Shown: positions 1-13,500 of the stretch, piece after piece
Layout of the letters: each line of letters begins with the position of its first letter
Numbering within the stretch: position 1 is the stretch's first letter
Source: Antedon mediterranea
Lineage: Eukaryota > Animalia > Echinodermata
Assembly (NCBI RefSeq): GCF_964355755.1
Contig: NC_092671.1
Span: 3,348,001-3,412,000 of the forward strand
DNA: 64,000 bases
Direction: 5' to 3'
Translations under genes and position numbers: made by a program
Notes under the pieces: model-generated
Databases searched by the model: none
Told to the model about the DNA's origin: nothing
The model's input: only the letters and a program-made list of their open reading frames with translations

Positions 1-1228
1 TTATGTTTGTCGCATAAGGTTTGATAGTGTAGACAGAGGTTTAGTGACTGTTAGGCCTCTTTTAAAATGTTAGTACATGAATATCAAATGAGAAAAAATA
101 CCATTTGACTTGTAAGAACAACTAGATTTGAACTCATTATGACAGTTATTTAACGCAAACACATTCCTGGACGATACTCAGGTATAATATGTGATTCTCG
201 CCACGCAATATGAACGTACAGTACGTTAAATGAGAGTAGAAAGTTAATGTATGCCATCTTATGACATAAGGTATGTTTATGCCAGAAAGATACTGTATAA
301 CATTGAAGAAAGGAAAAAAAGATCTTTGATAACCACAGTAGGTTATCTGTTTTATGTGGATAACCAATAATAATATTTAATGTTCAATCATGAAATATAA
401 AAATTAATTTAAAAAATACTACAGCTAAACATACAGTATTTAAATTCAAGAAGTGCTGTTTTTTAGGTCAAAATAATCTTACTATTTGGATAGATTGAGT
501 GAACTGCAGATCCAATTAATGACAAACAAACAAAATGAATTTTTAATTCATATTCAACACAGAGATTTGCCTTAGATTTAGTTGCTCCAGATACATACCA
601 ATGTACCATAAGTCTTTTACTCCATAAATTAAAATAGATTTTGATCCTTTTGTTCACAAGTTTCAATAAATTTGATAAACCACAAACCTCGCTTGCTATA
701 ATTCCCAAGTTCATATGGCCATGACTCATAAATCTCATCATAAAATAAGGCTTACTCATAAATGAAGCATCTATTGTTTTACAACTTTCTTTTTTTCTTG
801 TAAAAAAAATGTAATTAGGAATAGAAGCTAAACTTTATAAATACACTACACTACAGCTTGTAAGTAAGAGAAAAAATTTAATAAAATGTAATAAAAATAT
901 GATTGCAAAAATATAACACAGAAAACAAAAGGAAAATGTCAAAATTATTATACTGCAGTTACATCGATATAACATGCTTTTAGTTTAATGTAAAGTCACT
1001 GCAATAATTTGTATTAAAAACTAATTTCATTTACAAACAAAGAGTAAACACATTTTAGCTACTGCAGTAATTGCAGTAGAATAATGTTGACATGGTCCCT
1101 AACATAATCTAATTTAAACATGGAGGGGAAATTAAATTAATTATATAATTTAAATTAACCTTCTGTCAAAATGGTATCCCTAACCACCTAAACAAACAAT
1201 CCACAATCAGATCAACCCCAAAACACTA

Positions 1229-1398
1229 AAGCTCTGTCTACACTAACAAACTTTATATGTGATAACAAAGGTGATGTACAGCACCCATAAAAATGGACAT
1301 GATGTGTCACATCATTACCATATTTGGGCATATCACTGCCACATTTGGGCACATCACACTTGTTTTGCCCAACTAGTTTGATAGTGTAGACAGAGCTT
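1229..1398. mobile_element. MITE family A (~165 bp, TIR AGCTCTGTCTACACTATCAAAC, TAA/TTA target; PIF/Harbinger-like)
   Basis: Same element at ~1-42 (partial), 2346-2505, 9858-9929 (partial), 16133-16296, 23536-23690, 34676-34815, 38070-38201, 40692-40800, 41595-41690, 49556-49702, 49875-50040 and 62485-62651. The 16133 copy is flanked by TAA on both sides. The superfamily is inferred from the 3-bp TWA target. Confidence 0.85.
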
Positions 1399-2812
1399 TT
1401 CATTGTTTAAATTTTAAAATTAAATGTGTATTGTCTAAACACACAATCTAATGTACTGTACCACTCACAACTGGCTTCCCAGGTCCCTACCAACTTTTAT
1501 GAGATTGATTGCATCTCATAACAAACATGTTATTGAATGATATAGGGTTCAGTAAGTAAATATTCATAAACTAATAATTGTTATGATAAATACATGATTA
1601 TTATAAGATTTCAGGTTCCAATATTATGATCAAAATAATGATTTAATAATGTTTATAAAATAATTATGAGATTCTGCTTGATGGTTCATGTTAAAGATGA
1701 AGTTGGATTATTTATCATTTTAGCCTTATCATATCAGGTTCTCTCTTTAAAATCATAAAAATCAAATTAATTTTCGATGCACGCAAGTAGAATTGAGAAC
1801 TACAGTATCTGTAGCTCTATCGTAAACCAAATTCACAAAAGACAACTCATATGAAATCTGGCGATAACTATCCAGAGGGTACAATATTGTCCTAAAATTT
1901 AAATTTGACAAAGAGTTTTTGCCACTACAGTATTTACGATATTAGCCTATTATTCACTCTTGCACATTTTTTAATATAACATATACAATATAGCATATAC
2001 AGTAGCATTCCTCAATCAATTTTCACTCAAATTTCAATATGTTGTTGCTGGAACAATCCTCTTTAATTTCAATCCAATTAATTTTTTTTTATTAAATGTC
2101 GGAAAAATTATCTTTAATCAAAAACATCCAACTACATTAAAATGTAGTTTATTTTGGCATTATGGCCTGGGAGGGAGACTTACACTATAGTGCATAAGGC
2201 CAGTTTTATAAGCCTCATTAGACAATGCATTCTTCATACTGTGTGCATTCCAGTTTGAAGATGAACAGTGAGGCAGAAACAGCCTGGGACAGCAAACAAT
2301 TGTCTGAACAACCAGCTGCAATAGCTACCTGCTATCTACTGTATTAAGCTCTGTCTATATCAAACTTTATGTGACAAAAAAAATGTGATATGCCCATATA
2401 TGGACATGATAATGTCATATCAATACAATATTTGGACATATCACTACCATATTTGGGCACATCACACTTTTTTGTTAAAGTAGGTTGATATTGTAGACAG
2501 AGGTTAAGATGTGATTGAAGTGACTAGCAATACTAGCGATGTTCATTAGGGATTTGCCACATATAATATTGTGGTTTATCTTTTGTTATAAAGTGCACTT
2601 GCCTAATAATTACAGTATACATCTGGTATGGTTTGCATTGTCTGATTTGTACTGATTAAATTTGAAAACATATTTATTTTAAATTCTATAATTTAATGTA
2701 AAACCAACCTAATTTATTTACGTATTATGTATTTATGTACTGTATATTATATATTAATTATCTTAAGCATTAAATTAATTATTCTCCCAATAGGCCTACA
2801 GTATATCTCTTA

Positions 2813-3247
2813 GTCCCTGTTTCTGCTGGCAATCCCAAATATACCGTACTGTACAGTATATGAAATTCGTGCACCGTTTCCGCTGCACATACTTCGTGGG
2901 TGGGCTGTAAAAAAGTTGGCTTTCATTACCCAAAATGCATTTCGTGAGACGGAAGTATGGATTGACCTAGAGTCTCGTGTAGTGAGGTTTATACCTGACA
3001 AAAACAAAACAATGATGGTTTCTCAAAACGTCGTAGCATTTTGAGTGCAGCAGAAACGGGGTACGAAATATACGGTATATTTTGGAATATACCGTATAAT
3101 ATCCACAAACGATGGAGATATTTATGCGGTATATATACCGCATAAATGGTATATTTTTTATGAGACCCGTTTCTGCTGCCCAAAAATATACCGTATATAA
3201 AATATACTGTATATATACGGTATATTTTTGGCAGCAGAAACGGGGCC
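2813..3247. mobile_element. Fold-back / MITE-like element with nested inverted repeats
   Basis: Motif CC(C/T)GTTTCTGCTG..AAATATACCGTA at ~2815 and ~3166, reverse complement at ~3047 and ~3216-3246. 3166-3246 is a near-perfect ~80-nt hairpin. Confidence 0.65.
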
Positions 3248-6200
3248 ATAGGCAGTTTTAAAATTCGAATTTGAATTATTGTTTACTTTACTTAATAAAA
3301 AAAAATCTGCAATAAAAATAAAAAAATCTTGCATGCATATCATCTCGTGTACTAATAATTCATAAGAAATGTTTGGGAATTGAGTAAAGAAGCACACCCC
3401 AATATCTCTGCATAAATACGCACAATGAATTAACATGATGTATGTAGTCCAAATCATAAGTCATTGCAAATAGGATTAGGATTGACCTATGACCTGTGGC
3501 AAGCATGAGGGTAGGATTCTTACTTACGGTAATACTGTACTATGTATAGTAGGTACCCTAACATAGATGGAACAACAAATAAGAGAACTGTGGACAGCAA
3601 TCAACAATATATATTCAATTCAACTTACTGTAAATGGGTTGAATCAATTGTTGTCAATGTTACGAGTTGTTTCAAATTTTATGGTTGGAGATGATTAAGA
3701 TTCAGTCCGACGTACATAAAATGTTGTAGAAATTTAGCAGATCTTTTATTAATGTTCAACATGCACGTACGCCACTATTTTTCCATTATAATGTCTGTGT
3801 GTTTGCATCATGTGTTGAGTTTTAATGAATTTTGTCACATAAAATACAGGTTTTCTGATTCAATGACAGATTATACATGTTCTTTTACATGTCTTTGTAA
3901 TATCATTAGTGATCATTGCTGAGAGGCGATGATGACATGAAATGTATACTGTATCAACAGTATCTCTATCTACGGACGAATATATTTAATGACACATTAA
4001 CACAATAAACATAGAGGTTGTTAACTATATTATTTTGTACTGTATAATGGTTTTCCAGGGGTGGATCCAAGATGTTGAAGGTGTGGCCAAACCAACGATT
4101 ATAGACCCTGTCTCACAAAATGCATTTCTCACCTAATAAAAGGTGGGAGCTAACGCTGACTTTGTCAAGCCATAAATCTGCTTATTATGGGTATTACATA
4201 TTATACATTTATAATATGTTTATACTTTTAATTACATGATCGAACCTAAAACCTTTTTTTAAATAAATAATTCCTCTATAATGAAACCAGTATGACCTTG
4301 AGAAATATATTTATTTTATTTATTTCTCTATGATGATATGACCAATCTAAGATATTTTATTTTAACATAAAGGAAAGGAATCATTATGTAAATATTGTCT
4401 TCGATTTAATTATTAAGAATTTAATTTAATCAGCTGGCTGTATTTAATTGATTTTAAACACATGTCATGTTTATTACAGTGTAGATAGGAGTCATAGGGA
4501 GGTCATTATGTTGAATATTATTACTACTGTATTCTATGAATGGGATCATTTAATCAATTTGCTAATGTTATTGGTACTCTAGGCCATCTTATTCAAATGT
4601 CAGTAGAAAAGGGGGTCACTTTATGAACCTTTAAAGTGAGTAGCATAAATTAATAAGTTGAATATTTAAATTACATTATAGCACCAAGATGCATTAGGCT
4701 ATTGTCTATAATCAACTACTGTGTAGTATAGTAAGTAAAGACGAAATATAGCATTCAGTAATGTGATGCTGTAAATTACAGATTACAATATTATATTATA
4801 TAATGCTATACAGACATACAGTAAAGAGGAAATTATGAAAATATGAACATTTTGCCTTAATTTATTTCATGCCGATTATGGCTCAGTTAGAGACTACAAT
4901 ATGAATACATTACGGTACAACAATTATAAGTAACTTTTAATTTTATAAAGTACTAAATTAAAAAATGTTTTAATCATGGATAGTACTGTATAATGTAATT
5001 ATATATCTCCATGTTTCAATGTAGAGTATGAGATTGCCAGAGTGTGCGTTATGAAACTTTAATTTCTGGTGACGTCCCCGGTAACTGAGTAATTAATCAT
5101 TCCTTAACGAGTTTTTAATGGGTGTCCAACTGGATTTAGCGGGTCTTTGGAGGCCGGAGTTGACCTCCAAAGTTGACCGAAATTTTAAGGGTGCACCCCG
5201 CTCCTTCAGGACTGTGTAGTGACTAATAATAGGATATTATAATTTTATAATTAGTAACGCAAATCATACTACGTTCGCACACAAATTTAAAGTGGATATT
5301 ATCCGGTGCCGTTCAGTTTTCGTGAACGGCTAACTAGAGGATGTTCTGGTATTCTGGTGACAGCAGCATGTTCCGAGTGCGTAACAAATTTCGTTAACTA
5401 AACCAGAGAGATCATCTGAATTTGTAAGGCATAATTAACAATGGTGAAAGTATGCATTACATCAGCCAGGTAAACAACAGTTCATTTGCAAACATTGATT
5501 TTGCTACAATGATCAATTTTACTACTGATGAACAATTAGTGGAAAGGCATGGAAGGAAAAGTGAAAATAACAATTCACGCTTAAGTAGATATATTACACA
5601 ACTATTAGCATTGTTCACAAGCTTCATTCAATATTCACTAAAATACATCTTTGGATAGATCCTAGCTCATATTTATTTATGTCAGAATTATTCTACTCAG
5701 TTACTGCAGTAATCTATTTTAAAAATGTGTATGCAATTATTTATCAGGCAGTTTTAACATTAATTTATTTTAACTGTATAATTATTATTAATTTTATATA
5801 AGTCAAACTGTGATAATTATTAAAATTGGCATTTACTGTAACTGCAATAAAGTGTGGTAAATGTATGACCTTTGACCAAACTGCCTGTAAAATGTTATCA
5901 CATAAAAATGTAAATGTGTAATCATAATGAAATATACAAATCTGTATCAACCTTGAGTTAAAAACAATGGATAACAGTTAATTTTTCTGATAAGGTTACT
6001 GTATTAATAGAAAAGATGCTTAATTTATTATTAGCCTTCTTAGCTACGGAAGGTTAACTTTATTTTGTCAATAGATTTTATATTATTTATTATAATAAGT
6101 CGTTTTAAATTGTTTAAATGGTGGGCCTAGGGGCACATAAAAAGGTAGGTTTTAACAAGTATAATTGCCAGTATACTTTGCTTGATATTGATATTCTTTT

Positions 6201-7806
6201 CCATTGATTTCTATTCCATTTTTTGTGGAAAATAAATGGCTGACTTTTAGAGGCACTCTCATATGACTCGCATGTCACTCAAGATTGGAGACAAAGAATA
6301 AGATTTTGGTTATTGTATGACACTGAATCATCTGAAAACATTATAAAATAATTATTTTATTTATAGACATAGAAGTGAATCCAACATAATTTCCAATCAA
6401 GGGTGGTTCCAGAAACAAAAGAGGGAGGGGGAGGTGCTGGCATAAATGCTGGGTTGAAGTGCTAAACTTAACTTAATTTGCTCTTTGAGGAGAAAGGCTA
6501 TTGTCGGTTTATCCAGGTAAGCTAGGCACGAAATAGACTTAACTTAATTGTATTGTATTTGTCAAAATGAGGAGGGGGGAAAGGAAAAATTGTGTCACAT
6601 AAAATGTAAGGGCAGGGCCAGTTCCTATGCAATCCGTAAATAGGATACATGTTATGAATTTGAAATCTATTTTAAGGTTTTTAAATACTAATTCATTCAT
6701 ATGGACTACTGTGGCCTTTTATCCAAAATAAATACCAAAAACTGGTGATTGTACAATAGAATGCGTTTTACACTTCAATAGGTCTGTTCTATAGAAGTAA
6801 ATGACACTGAGTGACAGAGTAGAGTTGAAGGGTGTGCCTCTCCAGCTGCTATAACCTGACTGTGGGCCTAGCGAAGGACTTCTTAATTAGAAAACTTGGA
6901 AATATTAAAGAATGTTAAATAAAAATGACAACTTAATAAAAATGAAAATAAAAAACACAAAAGTATGTATATTTTTTTGAGTGATTCACTTTGTTTTGGG
7001 GATGATATGCAAATAAGTTGACATGATAATATTCTATATGATAATTTATTTAACTCTTAATTTATTAATTTAATTCATGACATTAACATATCAAACTATG
7101 ATCTAAATCTATTTTTAAATGGCATACAAGATGACTAAATCTCCCTCTAAAGACTCAGAGTCTAGTCTCAGCTAGCCAGAGAGAGAGTAATCTAAATACT
7201 GTTTTATTTATTTTAATCACCAAAACCAAAAATATCCATTACCCCACCCAATCTTGTTGACCCTGGCTGGTGGTCAACATAATTTATCACACAGACATAC
7301 ACTGCCCTAATTTCCACTGCCAACTCAGTACCACTGCCAGCTGTTTAGAATTTTGTTTGGTCAAGATCACAATATTAAACAGCCGTTATTAATTAAAACA
7401 TATCATTATTATATATATGTTATAAAAATAAGCATTATCGAGTCCACGAGAATCCTATAAAATAACTACTAATAAAATATCAGTGTGTTTATAAAGGATG
7501 ATGACATAACCAGGCCTAAAATACATTGTGGGTGGATCAAATAAAAAATAAACCAGACGACAGACTCGGCCGCCCAACTCAATAATTATTTCTTTGCTAA
7601 ATATGTAATGGTACAGCTCATTTTTTGACTTACAAAACTGGATATGATTATCTGCAAAGTCCCGATGTTGTTTATAGATAGCTTTCAGCTTATATTTTGC
7701 AAATAAACAGGTAAAACTTCGACTGGTTTTACAAAAGTTTGTACAACTTGCCAACTGGCATATCAAACAGCAACTGTCTGTTTTCGTTCTGTTTTGGTAC
7801 GTAGTG

Positions 7807-7838
7807 GTCACGTGATATCCAGCTGATTGGGGTCACGA
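7807..7838 (-). promoter_or_regulatory. E-box/CLEAR-like GTCACGTGAT plus CCAAT box; candidate promoter for a leftward transcript
   Basis: gtcacgtgat at 7807-7816, attgg near 7826 and ggtcacg near 7831, in a locally CpG-richer patch. No coding target identified. Confidence 0.35.
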
Positions 7839-8680
7839 ATGAAAAATGTCAACATACACTGAGGTCAGTGAAAGTTTAATGTTTAGAAAAAGAGGGCAGT
7901 ATTACAAAAATCTCAGTTTCGAAAGTAAAATATGACTAATTTATTATACAATTTTATATAAATTACATTTACATACACGTTTTATGTTGACAAATTAAAA
8001 TACAAAGGAACTGCAAAATATATTCTTTAAAAAAAACAATTAAGTAGAAACAGCTGGTTTACGAAGTGCGAATTTTTAGATAATTCAAATAATTATGTTA
8101 TGATGAGTAGTTAGAATACTGTACATTTGTCTTCTGTTTGTTTAGTATAAAGCTTAAATGTGTTTAAGCTAATGAAAAAGAATTCACTAAACATAAATAC
8201 AAAATTAAATATGAAAATGTATTGATAGAGAGGATCTGCAGAACCGCCACACAATTTGGGATAAAAAACGGACATTTAGTCCATTCTTACGTATTCATAA
8301 CTTATCCAGAGGGCGGCAAACACAAAATTAATTTCATCAGGGTGGAATTTAAAAACGTTTTCTAATATTCTTTGAAGAAATTACGTTGTTCATTTATTGT
8401 TTGTGAAAATACGTTGTTAATTCGTCTGCAAATTGGTTGCTGTAAATTCACAAATTAAAATGACAATTAACATAAATTGTCAATTTAAATGGTTTAGAAA
8501 AAAAATCTCATTATTTTGCAAAGGTGAATAATTAATCTGTTCTTAAATATAAGCACCTTATTATTGATTACGACAAAATGTTAATACTGTACACATAAAA
8601 CTTAGTTTTCTCTTTGGCTGAAACACTGCTAAGTTGGTAAAAACATAAATTATATCACTAAACACTATTTTATGCCGAAT

Positions 8681-8733
8681 TGGCGCGCCATAGATAGATC
8701 CTGATTATCTCATTACAATTTCAATTAGCCAAT
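8681..8733 (+). promoter_or_regulatory. AOX proximal promoter motifs (E2F-like palindrome, CCAAT box)
   Basis: Palindrome tggcgcgcca at 8681-8690 and gccaatcag at 8728-8736, about 200 bp upstream of the AOX ATG. Confidence 0.4.
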
Positions 8734-8927
8734 CAGAATCTGTATTTCAAGATTTCGTCATCGATGTACAATTTGTAAACAGACCAAGTGATGAAATGTT
8801 ATAATGTTATTACATTTTCTGTCAGATATAAATTCGGAAAACAATCCTCGTACCGTTTAAAAACCTGTCAGATATTTTAATCACAACATTGTGTCACTGA
8901 TCTAGCGATTTTATTGACAGATATTCG

Positions 8928-11900
8928 ATGCATATTGGTGTTGGTAGTGCAGGCCTACGGGCCGGTATCTTGAGCAGCCTGCCCAGGGTATGTTTAGCTC
9001 GAAGTTCAGTACCAGTGTGGTCCTGCAAGACAAGCCTTTGGACGACTAAAGGTCAATTGCCATTGGTCAGCACAACTCACAAGCATGTAAGCAATGAAAT
9101 ATTTAAATACATAATTTACATATTAATACATATCTTTTGTAAAGGGTATATACAAAACTTAAGTCCGAACTTAATTAATTGGGAGTTGATGAGAAGTGTA
9201 TTATTTTTACTACAATAGTTGTAGTTTTAAAATTTGAAAATGATGTCAAAAGGAAAAAGGAACAATTTTATTTGAACTAGAGAATTCATTTGAATCATGT
9301 TTAATTTTGGTTGTGTTTTAATAGTTCTGTCAAAATTTATTATTTTGTTTATTATATAAAATGTGATTATTATTCTTCTAGTTATTAAGCACATCCTCTA
9401 CTGTTTTTCAAGATTCTTTATCAGAAACTAAAACTACACCTAATGTTGCTCCTCATTTTAAGTAAGTTCTTATTGCCAAAAAATATTGGTCGAAAAATAT
9501 TTTATTATTATACTTTAAAAACAAAAGTTTATTTATACTCGAGGGAAGATCTAGGATTTTTCAAATATATATAATGATAAATAATGGTGCATCAAAAATA
9601 GTGCATGATTCATTTTGGCAGTCGAAAGGAGATCTGAATGTGCACCCAAGCGCAGCAACCATGGATCGGTTACTGATACAGTACTTAGAAATAAAACTGT
9701 AAAACAAATATGTATTTCATTGACATCTATTTATAAAATTATCTTAATAGAAATTTTTTGTTTAATTGTTAGACGAAATCTTGGTGTAAAGAAAGAAAAT
9801 GAGACATCGGAGAAAACAATGGATTACCTACTGCCACACCCTATTTGGTAAGATAAAATCATGTTGTCACATCACTACCATATTTGTACACATCACACTT
9901 TTTTTGTCAAACTAGTTTGATAGTGTAGACTTACCAGAAATAGAATGTTTTTATTACAGGTCAGAAGATGAGGTACAAAAGGTCACAGTAACTCACAGAG
10001 AACCAGAAAAAAGAGCTGACAAGGTATAACAATTGTACTTTGAAAATGCCCCACTTTTCAGAGAAAAAAAATACAAATAAACACAATAACAGACAAATAA
10101 TTTTAAAATTAACTATCAAACAGATTTAATCAATTTGTTTTCTTTTTTTCAGCTTGCATATTACACGGTGCAGTTATTTCGATTGGGGTTTGATAACTTT
10201 TCAGGCTTTAATTTTGGTAAAAGGACGGAGTCAAAGTGGTTAAGGTATGAAAAACAGCATTTGATAAAATTCAAAAATATTTATAAAAATATGTGATAAA
10301 CTAAAATGGTATGCCAATGTTATGTTTAGTGTGTAAATCATGTTGTGATTTAGCCTGCCCCCCCCCCCCCCGATTCTCTGTCATGTATCTCCACATATGG
10401 AAATATTTGTCCAAATAGAATATCATAGGCATAGCCATAATACAGAATCCCATAAGATAAGATAAGATAAGATAACTTTTATTGATCCTCAAAAAGGAAA
10501 TTCATTGCTCGTCATAAAACAAAGAAAACACTATAAAAACAAATATAGCATAAAACCATTCATATAAAAACATCTAAAAAATTACAATATAAAATTATCT
10601 TCTTGACTTCCTGTATAGTTAGAATAGGGTATATGATATAGGCATCAAATGCGAAACATGAGATCTTGCATCATGGAGTTTTCCTATGATACTGGCACAA
10701 AAATCACGGTACTGAAAATTGGCAGGATTAAGAAATTTCATTTCTCCCATAGACGAGTGATTTTTCTGGAGACTGTTGCTGGTGTTCCTGGTATGGTAGG
10801 AGGCATGTTGCGCCATCTTAGGTCCTTAAGACGTATGGAAAGAGATCATGGCTGGATACACACTTTACTTGGTAAAATTATTATATTACAGTTTTTCTAC
10901 TCCATACAATCATACTTTAAACTGTCGCAAAAGTGAGAGACACATGGCGCATGGTAAAATTATATTGTAGTTCGGCTTTCCTACTCCATAACATTTTAGT
11001 GAACTGTCCCAAAATTAGAAGCCCATAGGTTGGTTCGAAAAACACATTATTGTTTTCCAGGTTGTATTAGAAGGGTTGACTATAGGATAAATTTTAATTT
11101 AGAAAGTGTGAAATTTTCGTCAATATAATATACACAAACTTCGTTTTTTTTTATCCATTTTTTTTGTTGCTTCTAAAAATATTTGTACCCTACTTTTGTA
11201 TATTTACTAGAGGAAGCCGAAAATGAGCGGATGCACTTAATGACAGCTCTAGACCTGAAGAAACCTTCTAAGTTGTTCACGTTTATGGTACTTGGAGCTC
11301 AAGGTAAAATATTGGAATTATTATATTATATTTTAGCTGTTCTGTAGTTAAAAAAACACTTAGAACTCTACCTTTGGGACACTCCTTGCAAAACAAATGA
11401 GGGAAAATATATCTTTAACACTATTATAGCCCACACCAGAATTAAAGGACACTCCTATTAAGGAGACACTTTGGTACCAAAGGTATCTCTAAGTATATTT
11501 TACATACCAGTAGACCAGGCTACAATATACAGATATTGCCTGGTTAGAGGTTAAATATAAGATTTGACATCCTCGAAGGAATGATATTTTCTTCCCAATC
11601 ACGTTCATGTATTTACATATGTAATGTGTAATATTACTTGTTATTTATATGAGTTTTTTTTTATCTTGTCAGGAATTTTTGTGAACATATTCTTTATCGC
11701 ATATTTGTTGAGTCCGATGTTTTGTCATCGTTTCGTTGGTTATCTGGAAGAAGAAGCTGTGATAACATACACCAAACTGATTGAGGTAAGTAAGCATCAG
11801 TACAAACATTACCAAAATATGCTTTTCCGAAATCATAATACTTGCAGTGGTTTTTACACGAATCACCCACTATAAATTTTCCAAAACATGTACAGACAGT

Positions 11901-12690
11901 TTGTGGTTGAGACACTCTAGGAGATTCAGGAAGATAGCTCTAGGAGCACAAGCTTCCACTCCCCCCCCCCCCCCCCCTTTGTCGAGGAGAATGAATAACA
12001 ATATCTTGGATTTTTAAAGCGTCTGATGTAAAACATACTCCCATAATTGTTAACACACTATTTGTATTATATGTTAGTGCTCAGCCATTTACAAAATCTT
12101 GCCTCCGCCCTGTTTCATATCTTTAATTGCATTTCAGGAAATTGATAATGGAACGATGGCAGAATGGCAAAATAAATCAGCGCCGGAAATAGCTACCAAA
12201 TACTGGAAACTAGGCGTAATTTGACATTCTTATTTTAAAACACAGGAAAGAACCCATTTTTCAGTTTGAAGTAAATGTGTTAAATTTAACTGTTTATTTT
12301 GTGTTGATATTTTTTGAGCAAGAATATTAACTTTAAATATTTGCTTTTTTTTTTCTTTCTGTTGATTGTTCAATGCTTAGACATGCCCTGCATTTTGTGT
12401 ATATTAAATTGAACATTATTATTATTAAGAATAAATAATTCTTAATTAAACTACTAAATGCTTTTATACATCTTGATTTTTTATAGTTTTGGGTGACTAC
12501 ATGGGTGATAACATTCATTGTTTTAAAAGTTATCGATTTAGTGTTATTTTGTTCTCATTTGTAGCCCGATGCAATGATGAGAGATGTCATTTTAGCTATC
12601 CGAGCCGATGAAGCGCATCATAGAGACGTCAACCATACGCTTGGAACTATGAAAATGACGGATCAAAATCCATTTGGACCAGGGCAATGA
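8928..12690 (+). CDS. AOX: Alternative oxidase, mitochondrial (ubiquinol oxidase), 10 exons, 332 aa
   Basis: GT-AG exons 8928-9086, 9382-9461, 9773-9847, 9960-10023, 10153-10244, 10753-10871, 11211-11303, 11673-11785, 12138-12215, 12565-12690 join in frame (999 nt). Di-iron motifs [25 protein letters not shown] and RADEAHH are present. The C-terminus is the animal-type NPFGPGQ, and the N-terminus is a basic, acid-free presequence-like segment. Confidence 0.97.
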
Positions 12691-13340
12691 AATTTATATT
12701 ATCAATATTTAAAGATTTTACGTACAAACTTCTGTGTTAGAAAAGATTTGAGTGCACATTTTGTAAATTTATAATGTTGTAGATTGTAGATACAGTATAG
12801 TTTATTTTGTATTTGTGTAAGATTTAAAAAAGATTTTCCTTTAAAAAAAATGTTGCCCAACGACCACATTTTTGGAAAAATATTTGGTGTTTATTTGGTA
12901 ATTAGGCATTAAAAAGAATTAATTTTTGTTTAAAAAATTATTTCTCTAAATCTACAATGTGTTGAGCCTTAGTTACTAATTAGCTAATTATTCTAGCCAA
13001 CCCAAAATGTAAACTTTGATCATATTTAAAGTAAATTATTTCTCAGGACCTAAATAGGTAATTCAGAACTTTAGGAATATTTAATATTTTGATAACAAAA
13101 ATGTGTAAAATAGTTTGATCACGATTAAATAAGTTAGCTCTGTGGTTTGATACAGAATAAAGAAATTCAGGGATACAATGGATATAAACAGTTTTTGATG
13201 TAACCTGGTTCATACAATATACAATGAATAATGACCAAAACTTTTTCAGTCAAAAATGTAAATATCCAGAAACAATTTTGAACCCAAGTAAACAATGCCA
13301 GTAAATATTTCCAAACTGAAATTGGACAAGACAACTAGGA

Positions 13341-13500
13341 GTGGAGTTGTGGCTTGGTGGTTATGATGCTTGGCTACCACTCCAAGGATCCTGGGTTCAA
13401 GTCCTGTCACATGTCAGGATTTTTTCTATGTAGAGCATCTTGTGTATATGTTTGTCTTGTGAACCTCTGAGGGTCCCTAATGATCAGCAACCAGCTGGAT
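13341..13500 (+). mobile_element. tRNA-derived SINE-like repeat
   Basis: A box tggcttggtgg and B box ggttcaagtcc. Other SINE-like copies at ~27755-27860 and ~62895-63035 (similar to each other), ~41940-42145 and ~51790-51970 (minus strand, similar to each other), ~48740-48840 and ~61220-61290. Confidence 0.6.

Noticed and set aside
463-759. 98-aa ORF and most other short ORF-track entries
   Set aside because: AT-rich low-information translations with no recognisable motifs or exon support. Many derive from MITEs or are antisense to real exons.
5190-5220. TCC-TGA on the minus strand followed by stems, resembling an antizyme +1 frameshift site
   Set aside because: Lacks the conserved UGG-UGC-UCC-UGA-U context, and the shifted frame stops after about 23 codons.
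7455-7811. 118-aa minus-strand ORF
   Set aside because: Non-ATG start inside the E-box and no recognisable homology; more likely promoter or UTR sequence.
8301-8345. TTATCCAGAG resembling a SAM-I riboswitch start
   Set aside because: The downstream SAM-I core motifs and helices are absent, and the context is animal DNA.
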